From Stylophora pistillata (taxonomy: Eukaryota): DNA of 64,000 bases. Both the position numbers and the translations under genes were made by a program. Shown piece by piece: positions 47,486 through 59,721 of this stretch (its first letter is position 1; every line of letters starts with the position of its first letter). The DNA lies in contig NW_019217792.1 in NCBI RefSeq assembly GCF_002571385.2, positions 1,144,021 to 1,208,020 of the forward strand, in the 5' to 3' direction. Under the pieces are notes generated by a model. The model was given only the letters and a program-made list of their open reading frames with translations. It was not told the DNA's origin and ran no database searches.

Positions 47486-50194
47486 TTAAGATAGATACGT
47501 ACGAATCCTTTCTTGTATCGGTCTACGGCACATAGGACAGACGTCCATGCCACGTGCACAATCAGGACAGCAGCTCAAATGGCCGCAGGGCAAGAAAACC
47601 ATTCCCACTTCAGCGTCCATGCAGATCTTGCACGTGCGCTCTTCTTGCATTCGCTCCAGTTTCTCCTCAAGGGACTCTTCGGTTTCCGATGATCTTGATG
47701 CAGGCGCACTAAGGGTTCTTCGTAGACTGTCCCTGCGAGGGACTGGAGTAGTGGGAGACGTAACAGCACTCAAACAGTTTCTCTCTCGGAGACCTTCATC
47801 CTCTCGAGGGCTGGGTTCTCTCTCGGGAATGTCGAGATGGGGACGAGGAGGCCGCTCTTCACCTTCTTGTGGCGTGGGCTGCGCACAGGATCCAAAGGTG
47901 GGTACTCCTGTGTGCTGCCTCTCTAGTAGAGCTGAGACGAGCTCAGGAAACGTGTTGAAATTGGATCCTGTGGATTCAAGTTTAGCGGCAACTGCCTCTT
48001 GTATGTCGTGTTGGGTGAAACCCATCTCTCCCAATTTCTCCATGTCAAGTTCCATGGCAGTGCTACCTCTAGGAGAACAAGACCGTGGTTCCTGCTTTGT
48101 TTCGTTTGGTGTGCTTGAACTTGATCCTCCAGTTAGCCGGGTCTGACTCTCGCTGGCTACATGACTTTCATGCGATGAAGCTGTGAATGGTTGAGTTTGC
48201 CACTGTGTATAATGCTGTTCCGTTGAAGGATTCCACCCATTGGCTGAACTAGGCATGGTGCGTGCTGGGTATTGCTCAGAGGTGCTCCAAGTTCCGGGAA
48301 GAGGCGGGGTGTTGCCACCTCTTATCGGCGAGTGTACATCTTGTCCGCTCAGACTCTTTACAGGACGCCAACCCTGAAGTTCATTTTGCACCGGAGAAAC
48401 ACGCTGTACGGCATGTTCGGCTGGCGTGCTTGGAGTAGGTACATGAGGACGTCCTCTAAAGTGCTCTAGTACTAAAGGACACTGCGTAGACCACTTCTGA
48501 TGCTCCCCCCAAGGAGTGTCACTGGGTTCCCAGTTGTGCAGCATGATACCGCATTTATAGCACTTGACGGAATCGCCAGTACCCAAGTAATAGAACCCGG
48601 CAGCCGAAAGATCCCACGGACGAATATGGTGATCATGCGGCCAATCCACAAATGTCGTTAGACGATGATGCTCGTTGGGTAAGTCAGATGGTGACGCAAC
48701 ATGTCGAGCATCTTCCTGTCTTACCAACGGCCGCTGTTCAGTCTGGAGGCTTGGGTCTTTGACTGGAAAAGCTGGATGATACCCTTGGGATTGCCTTCTT
48801 GGGCCAGAGGCATTGCGAACCGGCTGCCAACTATTTCTATCTTGAGGTGGTTGAGTAGGTCTAGTCTCGACAACATCCTTATCGGATTTGCTTCCAGTAT
48901 GAGGATGAGGTTCGCCCTCGTTTGATACCTTCCTCTCTGGCATGTACAGCTGTTTTGGTGCTCTTGTATCGCGCGAAGGATCCCTGCCATATTCCATTTT
49001 GTCGCCTTCCCATTCCAGTTGCACCATATACTTTTCACTTGCGCTTCCTTTATGGAACATCGCCGTACTTTCATTCGTTACACTTTCTGAACGCTGATAA
49101 CCTGGAAACGTGCCAGCATGGCTCGGTGGATGAGATTTGATGGATTGTTCAAACTGGTTCATGCCTGATCTCTGATCCTCTGAAATGTACCGGTAAGGGT
49201 CTCTGGAAAAAGGATGCGAACCTGTGAAGCTTGTCTCCGTTGGGGGTGGCACTCGGCCTGATTGTTGAAGCCCTGGGTATACTTGTCTTAAATCTCTCTC
49301 AGTCCTAATTTGCGGGGGGAAGCCATGCCCTCCACTTTGTATGTTAAGTTTGTCCTCTGGGTTAAGCTGATGGACTGCCGATCCAACTATGTGAATCTGG
49401 TTGGCTCCCTGTCTCACCACAACATGCCGATTTCTTTCTGTTCCGTTTAACTCGTGTTCTGGGCGGCGTTGAAAGTCAACAGGTGTAGGATCTTTTCCGA
49501 GAAACTCTTGTGGTCTTCTTCCGGGATCGTAATAACCCTGCGGGAAACCGGTTCGAGTATCCGTGGGGTAATGCTGCTCGTGAGTATCATACATACCCCC
49601 GTAGGTAATATACTGTGGCCTTTCTGGATATATCAACCTTTCACGATTTACTGGGGGATCTCTTTCCGTAAGGTACACGCGACCTCCATATCTTACGTGC
49701 GTTGCTGTTGGAAACGGAGGATGGCCTGGCTCTTGAACACCAATTGAAGCTTCTACAGGGTTACAGGTCACTACGTAACCGTTCGCATTTTCGTGTTCCA
49801 TGATAAAAGGACAAGCAGGTCGAATTCGTTTGTGTTCCATCCACGGATCATCTCCTACGTTCCACTGCCGTAAGTGCAAATTGCACCTGAAACACGCAAC
49901 TCGATCGTCTAAATTAAGACTGTAGAACCCAGCTGCGGCCAAATCGGCGGGATTTACAGGGCTGCTGGATGGCCATCGTAGAAAGGTCTCTAATCTCTTT
50001 TGATAGCTGTTTAATTCCAGTTCTTGATTAAGCATATCAGACTTGTTGGCATTGATTACGTGATGCGAATACTGATCAAAGCCATTAAAGCTGTTACCTC
50101 GATCACTGAATTCAGATGAAGTGCAAGACATTTGTGAGTTCATGCTTTCCGCTTCCATTGACGGCAAGTCTTGAGTCTCATCTCGCCTCTGCAT
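47486..50194 (-). CDS. Inhibitor of apoptosis protein (BIR-BIR-UBA-RING; XIAP/BIRC7/DIAP-like), single coding exon, 902 aa
   Basis: Two BIRs (RLETFLRWP..LAAAGFY..C..C..W..DDPWMEH..C and RLTTFVDWP..LSAAGFYY..C..C..W..DTPWGEH..C). UBA-like EMGF..LVSALL. Terminal RING CKICMD..FLPCGH..CPDC..CPMCR..IRTYLS*. Confidence 0.96.
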   Translation of the reverse strand: MQRRDETQDLPSMEAESMNSQMSCTSSEFSDRGNSFNGFDQYSHHVINANKSDMLNQELELNSYQKRLETFLRWPSSSPVNPADLAAAGFYSLNLDDRVACFRCNLHLRQWNVGDDPWMEHKRIRPACPFIMEHENANGYVVTCNPVEASIGVQEPGHPPFPTATHVRYGGRVYLTERDPPVNRERLIYPERPQYITYGGMYDTHEQHYPTDTRTGFPQGYYDPGRRPQEFLGKDPTPVDFQRRPEHELNGTERNRHVVVRQGANQIHIVGSAVHQLNPEDKLNIQSGGHGFPPQIRTERDLRQVYPGLQQSGRVPPPTETSFTGSHPFSRDPYRYISEDQRSGMNQFEQSIKSHPPSHAGTFPGYQRSESVTNESTAMFHKGSASEKYMVQLEWEGDKMEYGRDPSRDTRAPKQLYMPERKVSNEGEPHPHTGSKSDKDVVETRPTQPPQDRNSWQPVRNASGPRRQSQGYHPAFPVKDPSLQTEQRPLVRQEDARHVASPSDLPNEHHRLTTFVDWPHDHHIRPWDLSAAGFYYLGTGDSVKCYKCGIMLHNWEPSDTPWGEHQKWSTQCPLVLEHFRGRPHVPTPSTPAEHAVQRVSPVQNELQGWRPVKSLSGQDVHSPIRGGNTPPLPGTWSTSEQYPARTMPSSANGWNPSTEQHYTQWQTQPFTASSHESHVASESQTRLTGGSSSSTPNETKQEPRSCSPRGSTAMELDMEKLGEMGFTQHDIQEAVAAKLESTGSNFNTFPELVSALLERQHTGVPTFGSCAQPTPQEGEERPPRPHLDIPEREPSPREDEGLRERNCLSAVTSPTTPVPRRDSLRRTLSAPASRSSETEESLEEKLERMQEERTCKICMDAEVGMVFLPCGHLSCCPDCARGMDVCPMCRRPIQERIRTYLS

Positions 50195-51140
50195 ATTTCC
50201 TAAAGACAGAAATTCTCTCTCGTGGCGAACAGTCTTTGTAGATCAATAGTATCAGATGTAAATAGTACTCGAGGAAAGTCGCTTCTATTGGATTGACTTC
50301 CCGTCTTGCCGATTGATGATGGTAGAAAGTTGCTATTGTATTTCAACGCTTTTTTGAAGAAGCCTTAGAACCTTCCCACGTATCGAACGTGAAGCAAACA
50401 CTGCCACAAGGTCCCTTCTGATTTCTATTTAGCTGAAAGCAGGCTGAGAGTAAGGTAAAAGGCAACAAAGAGGTATCACGATGCTATTTTCGTCGACTTC
50501 CGCTCTTATCTAAGAAATCTGCATGTTTTCATAAAAACCTTATTTTGTACGCATGCTTGGTGATTTAGGTAACCGTTTATTTTTGCGGGCTCTAGAAGTA
50601 TTGGGGAGGCCTGGTTGCAAATACATTGCTTTGAAATGGCGTCCGAGGAGAAGAAATCTGAAGAAGAGAAGTTGGTTAAAACTTCAGAGAATAATGACAC
50701 CAAGAAACACCGGGGAATTCCAGAGGCACTCTTTCTTGTGAGAATTTTTCCCCTTGCAATCATGTCCTCCATATTTGATGATAGAGTGTGTTGCATGTAC
50801 CGGGAAATTCCCTCCATTAGCGCACAGTTTGGTAGGGAATTTTCGTCTCTACCAATCTCCAAACAAACAAAACTAAACCAGTTCTTATTCTTGGGATGTA
50901 GGAGGATGTAGACGATTTCATGAAAAAGAGCGGAAAGGAAACTGCAGAGACTGTTCTTAAAGATTTAGATGAGCAACACCAGAAGTATAAATTTATGGAA
51001 CTGAATTTGTTGGCGAGAAAGAAAAGGTATAAATACTTGACTTTGAACATTTTTTAATTCCACGGTAGATTTAAAATTTCCCTTTGGGTTACTTCCTAGG
51101 TATTCCAACCTTTTTTACTTTTGGTTGCGGAAATTCCCAT
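50195..51140. promoter_or_regulatory. Bidirectional promoter region between IAP and VBP1 with a cluster of NF-kB-type sites
   Basis: The two ATGs are 441 bp apart head-to-head. GGGRNWYYCC matches at 50712, 50802 (both strands) and 51129 (minus). One-mismatch sites at 50273 and 50835. Confidence 0.5.
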
Positions 51141-54100
51141 CCTTCAGGGCCTAAGCAGTGTTCTAAACCCCCCCCCACTCAAGGGCATATTGAGAAATTT
51201 GATAGGTCTTCACAATTTTGTCTGTTATTCCTGAAAAAGAAGGAAACTGTATATTTAACCTTTCCAACAAATGGCACTTCCATGCACTTTTGGCTACATA
51301 AGTCATCATGCATCTTAATTTCCACCACCGAGTTTGACTATCAATGTTTAAGAAGTTATAACTTGAGAATCAAGGAATTTGTTTAAGTACTCACACCCCC
51401 TCCCACATGCTGTAAAATCCTACACCCCAGGGAGGGTGATTCCATAACTTGATTAATATGTAAAGGGTTTGTGGTAAGGAAGGTGAGGGAGGTATGTGGG
51501 AACTTGACTCCATGATATTTTAAGAAAATTAGGTTTGTTATTTTGGGAGGTAGTTGGTTGTGGTTTGTCAAATTATGCCAAGTGTTATTTTTATCAATAG
51601 TATGAGGTTGAATTGTAGGTTAATGCTTTGTATACTATTACTCTAAAGGGAAACAAAAAGTTGTTCATGTTGGTGAGGGTACGAGTTATCTGGAATTTCA
51701 ATTATTCTGTTAACAATTTATAAGGAATCATGTTTTTGCCATTTGTATATTCATTTTGTATTATAAGAGCTTTTTTTATCAGAATGTTTAGTTTGGGAAG
51801 TTTAGCTAAATGTATTAAGTCATTATAAATGTTATCAATTGCTAAGTAAGGTTGGAATAGGTCAATCAGTTATGTTGTGACACTTTGATGTTTATTGAAC
51901 AATGTTTTTGTTTGAGTTATCAGGGTTAATTTGATTTGAAAAAAGTTGGATTTAATTGAGTTACCGGGGAGTTTGAGTTAGCTGATACTAAATGACTGGA
52001 AACATGGGGTTAAATCCAAGGGAAATTGGATCTTGTCAGCAAGAGGCTTGAGTTAACTGGGTTTGAGTCTGTGGGTCTCTATATGGTGAGCAGCTGAAGG
52101 GAGTCTTGTACTAAGAGAAAAGGCAGACCTGACTATTAGTTGCTATTTGGAAAATGAGTACATTTTTCTTCTCTGATAGAGAAGATGATAGAACATTTCA
52201 TGATAGATAATGTCTTACATTTGCCCTTTACCCCTAAGTGGCATGTAGGGCAGTAACATGTTCCCTCCACATCCGCCAGTCTTTTGGCTTGAGCTTGATG
52301 CTCAACAATGTTTATTTTTATCAGTTAACTCTTCCACCCACCAGTTTCCCAACTGATAACTGGAAACACCTGCTTATAAGCTGCACTTTTTCATTCCAAA
52401 ATTTTTGTAACAAATCAAGTGTGGAGCTTATCTACAAAAACATAATTATGGAAAGCATGCCTTAAATTTGCATAAATTAATGCTATTCACCAAAAATTGA
52501 TATGTGTCCGAGGCAAACTAATAATAACTTCATAATAATATATATATACATATATATATATATGTGTGTGTGTCTGTTATTAACCAAGTGTGAGGTCAAG
52601 ATAGCTGGAAATTCGCTGGGTTCTTTTTTTGCATTTTTTGGAAGTCAAGGAGTCATTTCTGTTTTCTTTGTTTTGACTATCTTCTTCCACTTTTTGCGTT
52701 TCTATTGCCAAAATTGTCCAAGAATTATGAACATAGTCCAATTCTGTATTTTTATGTGCTGGATCAATGTGGGCAATCCTGAGTAGGCAAAATGGGCCCA
52801 TCTTGCCTACTCAGGTAGCCAATCAGAACACAGAATACGCTTCATCTTGCCCATGGGCACTGCGAACAATGCAATAAATCAGGTTACATGTTGGTCATTG
52901 CTTTTGCAAGTTGGTGGCTCCCTCATTGGTTTATTAGCACAAGTTTACTACTATTTCTTGCTTTTAAGTGGTGTTGAACCTTTTCATTAAATAACCAGTG
53001 TAAAGTCACTCCCATGAACAGCTTATCATCACTTGCAAGAAATCTCCATTCCACCATAAACCTGTTTACTGTGTCCTTAATGGTGATATTTTTGTTAGGA
53101 AGTAAATGTCTTTTTGCATTAATACACCTTGCTGTGTATTGTACTGTAATGAAAATTAATGCTTCAAAAGCTTCTTGTATGTGTTAACCAATTATTATTA
53201 TTTTTTTTTTTTAGCGTGGGGGCTTGTAACTGGGTTGGGTTTCAAATTTGTCTTCTTTTAGGGGATAGGGTAAGGTAATTTACCTACTAGGGAACAACCT
53301 TGTCCTATTGTAAATGTACCTGCCTTTGGCAAATTTTTAAATAAAATAAAATAACAATGAAAATTGTGTCCAGTACCCCTTCCTCTGATTAAATGCCTGG
53401 CTACTAAACTATGAATAACCCAAACCCAGGTATGAACAAACTGAAGATTTCAGTAGTTGTGCATAAAATTCTGTTGAAAATCTGATAGGGATGAAAAAAA
53501 TACTGGTTAAACAATACCAGAGTAAAGTCAAACATACTTCTAAGCTGTTAGATATGATTTTCATACTATATCAGCTAAAATTATATCTGTTGGTGTTTAC
53601 AGTAAACCTAACATCTTCAATACTTAAATTTGTCATGATCTTGGTGCTGAGAATTTGTTTTTCAATTTAGCAGTATCCGCTAGATTATATTTAACTTTAT
53701 TATTCTTTTGAGCAACAAACTTTTAAACCCAGCAGAGTTTTTTTGTTAGTCACATAGAACAATTTTATTGTTTCCTTTTTTGTTGTTTTGTCTTCCATGC
53801 ATGTGATTGATACAAAGCTCAGATAAAGCTGTAGGAAGTATTTACAAAAACCAGTAGCCCAAATTATAGAAAGTCAACCAATAGAGGAATAACAAATCCC
53901 TTATTCTATGGCTTAACATACGATATCAGAAGACATTTTGTTCATATTTTGTGTGTTGCTTCATAGTTCTCTCAGCCCAGTGGGTGCTCAAACAATTAAG
54001 GTTGGCACACACGAGGGGACTAGTCCCTGCAACTAGTCCCAGCGACCAGTTTCATGCGACTAGTCCCTTTGTGTGAACTACACATTTCTTTGTCACAGGG

Positions 54101-57100
54101 ACCAAAATTTGGTCCCTGCAACTGGTCGCAGGGACTTGTTGCATGAAACAAATGTTTGTCCCTTCGTGTGAACTGTTTGTGCGACCAGTCCCTGCGACTA
54201 AACGGTAAATAAGCCAATCACGGGTCAGTATGATTTGTAAAAATTGCAGTTTCAATTAATTTTCCCTGAATTTTTTATTTCTACAACTGAAGAATAAAAA
54301 ACTATTTCTAGTTTTGTAAACATATACAGATGTCTTGGAGCCGTTTTGATGGAATTTTTACCCTATTTGACTCTGTGTCTGTTAAAAGTAATAATAATAA
54401 AAAAAAAACAAAAATGGAACAGGTTTAAACAAGCGAATTCTTAGAGTTATCTTGCAGGATTATAATTCTCCCTATGACTCTCTACTTAGCAAAGTTAACT
54501 CCAAATCTCGGTATAAAAGATGCCTTCAGACTTTCTTAATTATATTGTACAAGAGCTTGTTTTTTAACTGCTCTCCAGGCTATCTAAGGAATATGTTTAG
54601 TTTCCGGTCTGTATCCTATAATCTACGCAGAAATTATATTTTGTCTCTACCGTCTACAAAAACTACTACTTATGGTCTTCACTCCTTTTCATATATGGCT
54701 TCAAAACTATGGAACTCTCTTCCGGACTCTTTTAGAACGTCTGACTTTTCTGATTTCAAGTGCAAGATTCTACAGTATGACTCTTTCTCATAGTTAAATT
54801 TCAGAATGTTACAATTTTACATTTTACATTTTAGTAGTATTTAGAATTATACTTGTAACTCGAAGATACTAGCTTATCCTTTAGCTACTCCAAATTTGAG
54901 ATTGAATAAAGTATATGTATGTTTGTATGTAAAAGCATGAATTATCCGACTGAATAAGTGTAGTTCATTTGCGTTGATGGTTAATAGTGCTACAATGAAA
55001 AGTTACCAAATTTTCATTGTTTTCGTGTAACACCCCAGACTAAGAAACATCTTTTGCCTCTTAATTTTCCTATGTTCTTGTGCAATTGAGTGCCCTTGTG
55101 TGAATGCCTTAAGGGACTAGTCCCTGCTACCGGTCCCCTCGTGTAAACCCTTCAAAGACTTCTCGCCGGGACTAGTCGCACGGACTAGTCGCAGGGACTA
55201 GTCCCATCGTGTGTGTGCCGACCTTTACAAAGCAACTTATTCTCTTTAACTGTCTGGTTAATTATGTATTGATATCGTAAGGGTAGTTAACTTGTTGGAT
55301 TCTTTGATGGTAAAAGGGTTATGGGCAACTCTACAACAGGAGCCCAAGATGTGTGAAAGAAGAAGTTACATTATCATTTACAGCATTGGGATATCTTGTA
55401 AATTGCAGATTACAATCCCAAGTTCCAGATTTAAATTCAAGTCTGGAGATGGTCAAATTATTAACATCGAAAAAGGTATTTTAGTAAACTGCGATTAAAT
55501 CAAGTTAACTCAGTAAAGCAGGTTAAGCATTGGAAAGCAAGTAACAAGAATTTTTTTAAATTTTGTTTACAGTGTAATTCTTCCAGCTTTTCACATTAAT
55601 TTCCGTGATTCATATTTTCATGGCTTGGCAGTTTGCATTGATGGTGAAGCTTTTTAACAAGTAGACATGGTAACATGCAGACAGATTGCTATGCCATGTA
55701 GCAACATCATATGTGATATTTGAATCCCTTGAGGACAACATTCAAAGTTTAGAATCATAATTAATTGTAATAGAGGGGCATTCCAATCATGTTCATTTGT
55801 TTCTGAAGTTGATGTTGTGATTTTAATTCAAAGGATAGTTCCAAGCCCCTTCAGAGCAGATTTTTGTTGTCTGATCAGGTTTATTGCACTGCAGAAGTTC
55901 CACCAACAGAAAAAGTAATGTTGTGGCTTGGGGTAAGGTGTTATTTGATTTATTTCTTTTGGTTTCATTGGCAATAGGTCCTTGGCTTACAGCCTCAAGC
56001 TGTCTTTGTAACTTTTCCCAGGTTAACCGGTAATTTGGCTCTATTTGCAGCTGTTCTTTCTCTTCTCTGTTAGCCTTAAGGTTTTCTATATTAGGGCTTG
56101 ACAGGTGGTACTGGTCTACACTCTGTCTAGGGTGAGCCCAATCTGTCCTATAGTTCAGGTATACTTGCACCTATTCCATAATTTAATTATCCTGTGATGT
56201 GAAAGCAGCATATGTGGACCACACCATTACAGTTGACGGGGGTGCACTTTTTTTTGGGTGATTAACCTTATCTCCCACGATATGACAGTCACTGTTAATT
56301 CTCCTTTGTAGCTGTTACACATTTCCTTGTAAACTAGTTACAGGAATTTGGTGTTAGATCAAGATGACAACATTTACCTAATAAATATATCTTATTAACC
56401 AATTGCCACGGCCGTACTGAGAGAATATCGGCCCGAGCTCTTGACAGTACGGACCGAGCACAGCGAGGTCCGTACAAAAAAGACCGAGGACCAATATTCT
56501 TCCAGTACGGTCCCAAGCAAGCTTGGTTAAGAAGAGATTTATTATACGACTGACGTTCAAAGGGATACAAGTGCGGTATCATTCGGGACCATTCGGAACG
56601 GTGCCCCATCCAATACTTAGAGAATATTGGACCGGCAATAGAGCATTTTGATTGGTTTATTTTAGTTATTGGCCCTCTGACTGCCCGAGTCATGTAATAA
56701 TGTTAAGTATTAATTCCCATTACCTGTTGGCTGGGTGATGTATGGAACATTACAGGGAGAACTTACATGTTAATCAGCCCTGGTATTGATGGAGTAATAT
56801 AGAAATAGTGCAATAATATTGTTACTTGCATTCATTGCACAAGACCTGCTTTTGTCATTGCTTTGACACAAGTCTTGTTGTCTGAGTCATCAGAATAATA
56901 CCTCAATTCCTGCAACTTAAGTGGTCACACTTACCATTTAGTGATGTCACACATACATTTGTTCAAATTTGCAATCAGCCTAAGCTCTAAATGTCCCATG
57001 CAATAATTGTTAGCAATAATGGTACTGTGTCAGTCTCCCTTGATGTTTAATTTATTCATGTCACTAGATTTCCTTGCTTTTGCATGAGATCTAGAAATTA

Positions 57101-58427
57101 AATTGTAAAACATTTTATACTCTATTCAAGAATGAAGTTGATTGTAGGTCAGAGTGCATCATAAAATATTTAAAGCTTTGTTGATAATTGTTTGGTTAGG
57201 CAAACGTTATGTTAGAGTATAGCATTGAGGAAGCTGGAGCTTTGCTGTCAAAAAACCTGAATACTGCAGAGAAAAACTTGAAGGATATTGAAGATGACTT
57301 GGGATTTCTGAGAGATCAGTATACTACAACTGAAGTCAGTATCCTTCAAAAAACAATGGCTGTACTACATAATGTAAATGTATGTTTTTATAGTGGTACA
57401 TTATGTATCAGGTAGGGTATATGTAAGTGTGTAGTTCATTCAAATCTGAACCTCCCATTTTTTTGTGGATAGAGCTTACCTGTTTTAGGGCTTAAACATT
57501 ATAGAGTTAGCATCCAAACTTGACAAGATCTACACTTTTGAGAGAGACTGGATTTTCAAATTATCATTTTCTTGTGGGGCTGTAACCAGTTGTACTCAAG
57601 CGGGGTCCATTAGGTTTCATATTGCACCCAGTGAATGCATGAGTTGCTGAACCAATCAACGAAAGTGCAGAATACAGTGCTGATTTCACTAGAAGAAGTG
57701 CAAGTTTTGCAAATGGATAGCAGCAACTGTTTCAACAACATACATGAAGCTTCTATTTTTTAGAAGAGCCCAGTGCTTTGGGCCTTTTTATGTGAATCCT
57801 TTAAGCAGGACCTCCTTGGTTTCCAATCTTGTCCCACCAGCTCTCTCATTTGTGGAAAGTCCCATTATTGTTTATATGTTAAATGGCTACCCATCCTGGT
57901 TACTTAGATCCCAGCTTGTGAACTGAGATCTGGGATTTTGGGCTGAAGTATTTTCTAGAAAAGCATGCCTGCCATGTTATTCGAATGGAACTTGAGAGGT
58001 GATCCCTTGTTCATCTCTATAATCAAGCTGAAATTTCTCGTATGAACAGAAACCAAGGAGAAGTCTCAGTTCATCATTACCTGAGGTGATCTTTCCATAA
58101 GAAAAGAAGGCAAAATTTGTCCTCTTACCCTAGCCTGGAGAACAGGCATATTGTTTTGGCATCTGACAAGGCAAATACAAAAGGTGAGTTTTGTGTGAGG
58201 AGAAGACTCACACTCTGCATGTGCTGGCTTTCACTTGCTTGAAATGCCAGTGATATGCTACTTTGGCTGGCCTGGCTGTAATGTTTATTTGAGTTCTTGA
58301 GTGTGCCAATTGATTTGAATCTTGTCAATGTGAAGTCTTATTCCTTGACCTGTATATAGACATGGCTAGAGTGTACAACTGGGAAGTCAAGAAAAGACAA
58401 GCACAAAAAGTTCAGTCAGATAAATAG
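50636..58427 (+). CDS. VBP1: Prefoldin subunit 3 (VHL-binding protein 1), 6 exons
   Basis: Exons 50636-50737, 50902-51026, 55409-55475, 55834-55932, 57200-57338, 58360-58427. They encode [80 protein letters not shown]. Confidence 0.95.
53998..55227. mobile_element. Harbinger-type MITE (GGGACTAGTCCC sub-repeats) interrupted by a LINE 3' fragment
   Basis: Ends AAGGTTGGCACACACGAGGGGACTAGTCCC ... GGGACTAGTCCCATCGTGTGTGTGCCGACCTT, with TAA/TTA flanks. Confidence 0.7.
54415..54931 (+). mobile_element. 5'-truncated LINE (L2/CR1 group) 3' end
   Basis: ORF 54452-54793 ([33 protein letters not shown]) followed by AATAAA and a (TATG)n tail. Confidence 0.75.
56385..56699. repeat. Dispersed repeat (inverted copy of 7836-8160)
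   Basis: Reverse-complement similarity along the whole length. Confidence 0.8.
57339..58359 (+). other. U12-type GT-AG intron in VBP1
   Basis: 5' GTATCCTTC, branch TTCCTTGAC (58341-58349), TAG at 58357-58359. Splicing restores the conserved TEV-N-MAR. Confidence 0.92.
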
Positions 58428-58429
58428 CC

Positions 58430-58560
58430 NNNNNNNNNNNNNNNNNNNNNNNNNNNNNNNNNNNNNNNNNNNNNNNNNNNNNNNNNNNNNNNNNNNNNNN
58501 NNNNNNNNNNNNNNNNNNNNNNNNNNNNNNNNNNNNNNNNNNNNNNNNNNNNNNNNNNNN
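58430..58560. other. Assembly gap
   Basis: Run of N. Confidence 1.
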
Positions 58561-59721
58561 CAGCTTGGTACATTATGCATACCGGTATTTGCTAGAACAT
58601 GACTATCTCCTTCCCCACCCCTCCTGTGACAAATTCAAGGGAAATCATCCTTTAGTATCATGATGAATAGGTAAAATATTGTCTCTTAGTCAATAACCAC
58701 ATTTCCCCTAGGGCAAAGACCAAGTCACACAGGAATGTCCAATAGTTTTGTATGTAGAGATGTACAATGTATTGTAAAGTCTGTTTTAAGCAGACCTCAT
58801 ATAATGGGCCAATAGCAGAGAGCAAATTAAGTGCTGATTTTGTCTTTCTGTGTTAAATGTATATTAAGTAACCTGCATTTGGCAAACTCTTCCATAATGC
58901 AAATATAGACACAAAAATTAAGCCCTTCTGAAACCCAATACCTTTACTTAGAACCTTCAAGTGCTTTTTTAGTTAAGTTTAAAATGTTTTTAGAAAAACT
59001 ACACACAATTATGATTACATTTGGTTCATGTTCATAAATATTATGCAAAGTAATAGAGCCAGATTTGTCAAGTAGGCATATTGAGCCACAGACTACAATG
59101 ACTGAAAAGACCTTCCTTGGTATCCTACCATAGTTGCAATAAAATTTCTTTTAAGTAATCTAGCTCATTGACAAGGCACACACAAGAAGAATCTAAAAAC
59201 AATGGTGTAGTTAATAATACACAGACAGGGTAACAGATGGAAAAATAAGGCTTGTTATCAATGTGCAGTTTACCCAAACTTGCACTATTAGATGGACGCC
59301 ATGATATCAAGAAGATACCAGAAGAGGTCTTCTGTTTTTTTTTTTCCACTTCACACAGATTTCACTGCGATACTAAGATTTCTCTGGTCACAAAAATTCA
59401 ACTTTTTGTCCTTTCGTTTTTCACTAATCCATTAAAACATTAAACTGCCACATTTCAACAGGTTCTCTGAAGAGTTTTCCCTTCATTTGATCCTTTGACT
59501 CCTGATAGGGACAAGCATCTAGCTCCTCCACTCAACATCACTCCTGGAACAAACATTAAGGTCACGAGATTGAGGAAAATGATGTCCAACTAAAGATGCT
59601 CTTGATTGTTGAACAAATTCTCCTTGTCAGCACTTTTGGGAATGTATAGATAAAGGTATGGAGATTATGCATACTGGAGGTAGGGTGTCATTAAAACACA
59701 TGAAAAAATTGTTCTTCTGAT

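Noticed and set aside
47547-49747. Several + strand ORFs (up to 199 aa) opposite the IAP
   Set aside because: Antisense shadows of a long GC-richer coding exon, with no recognisable domains.
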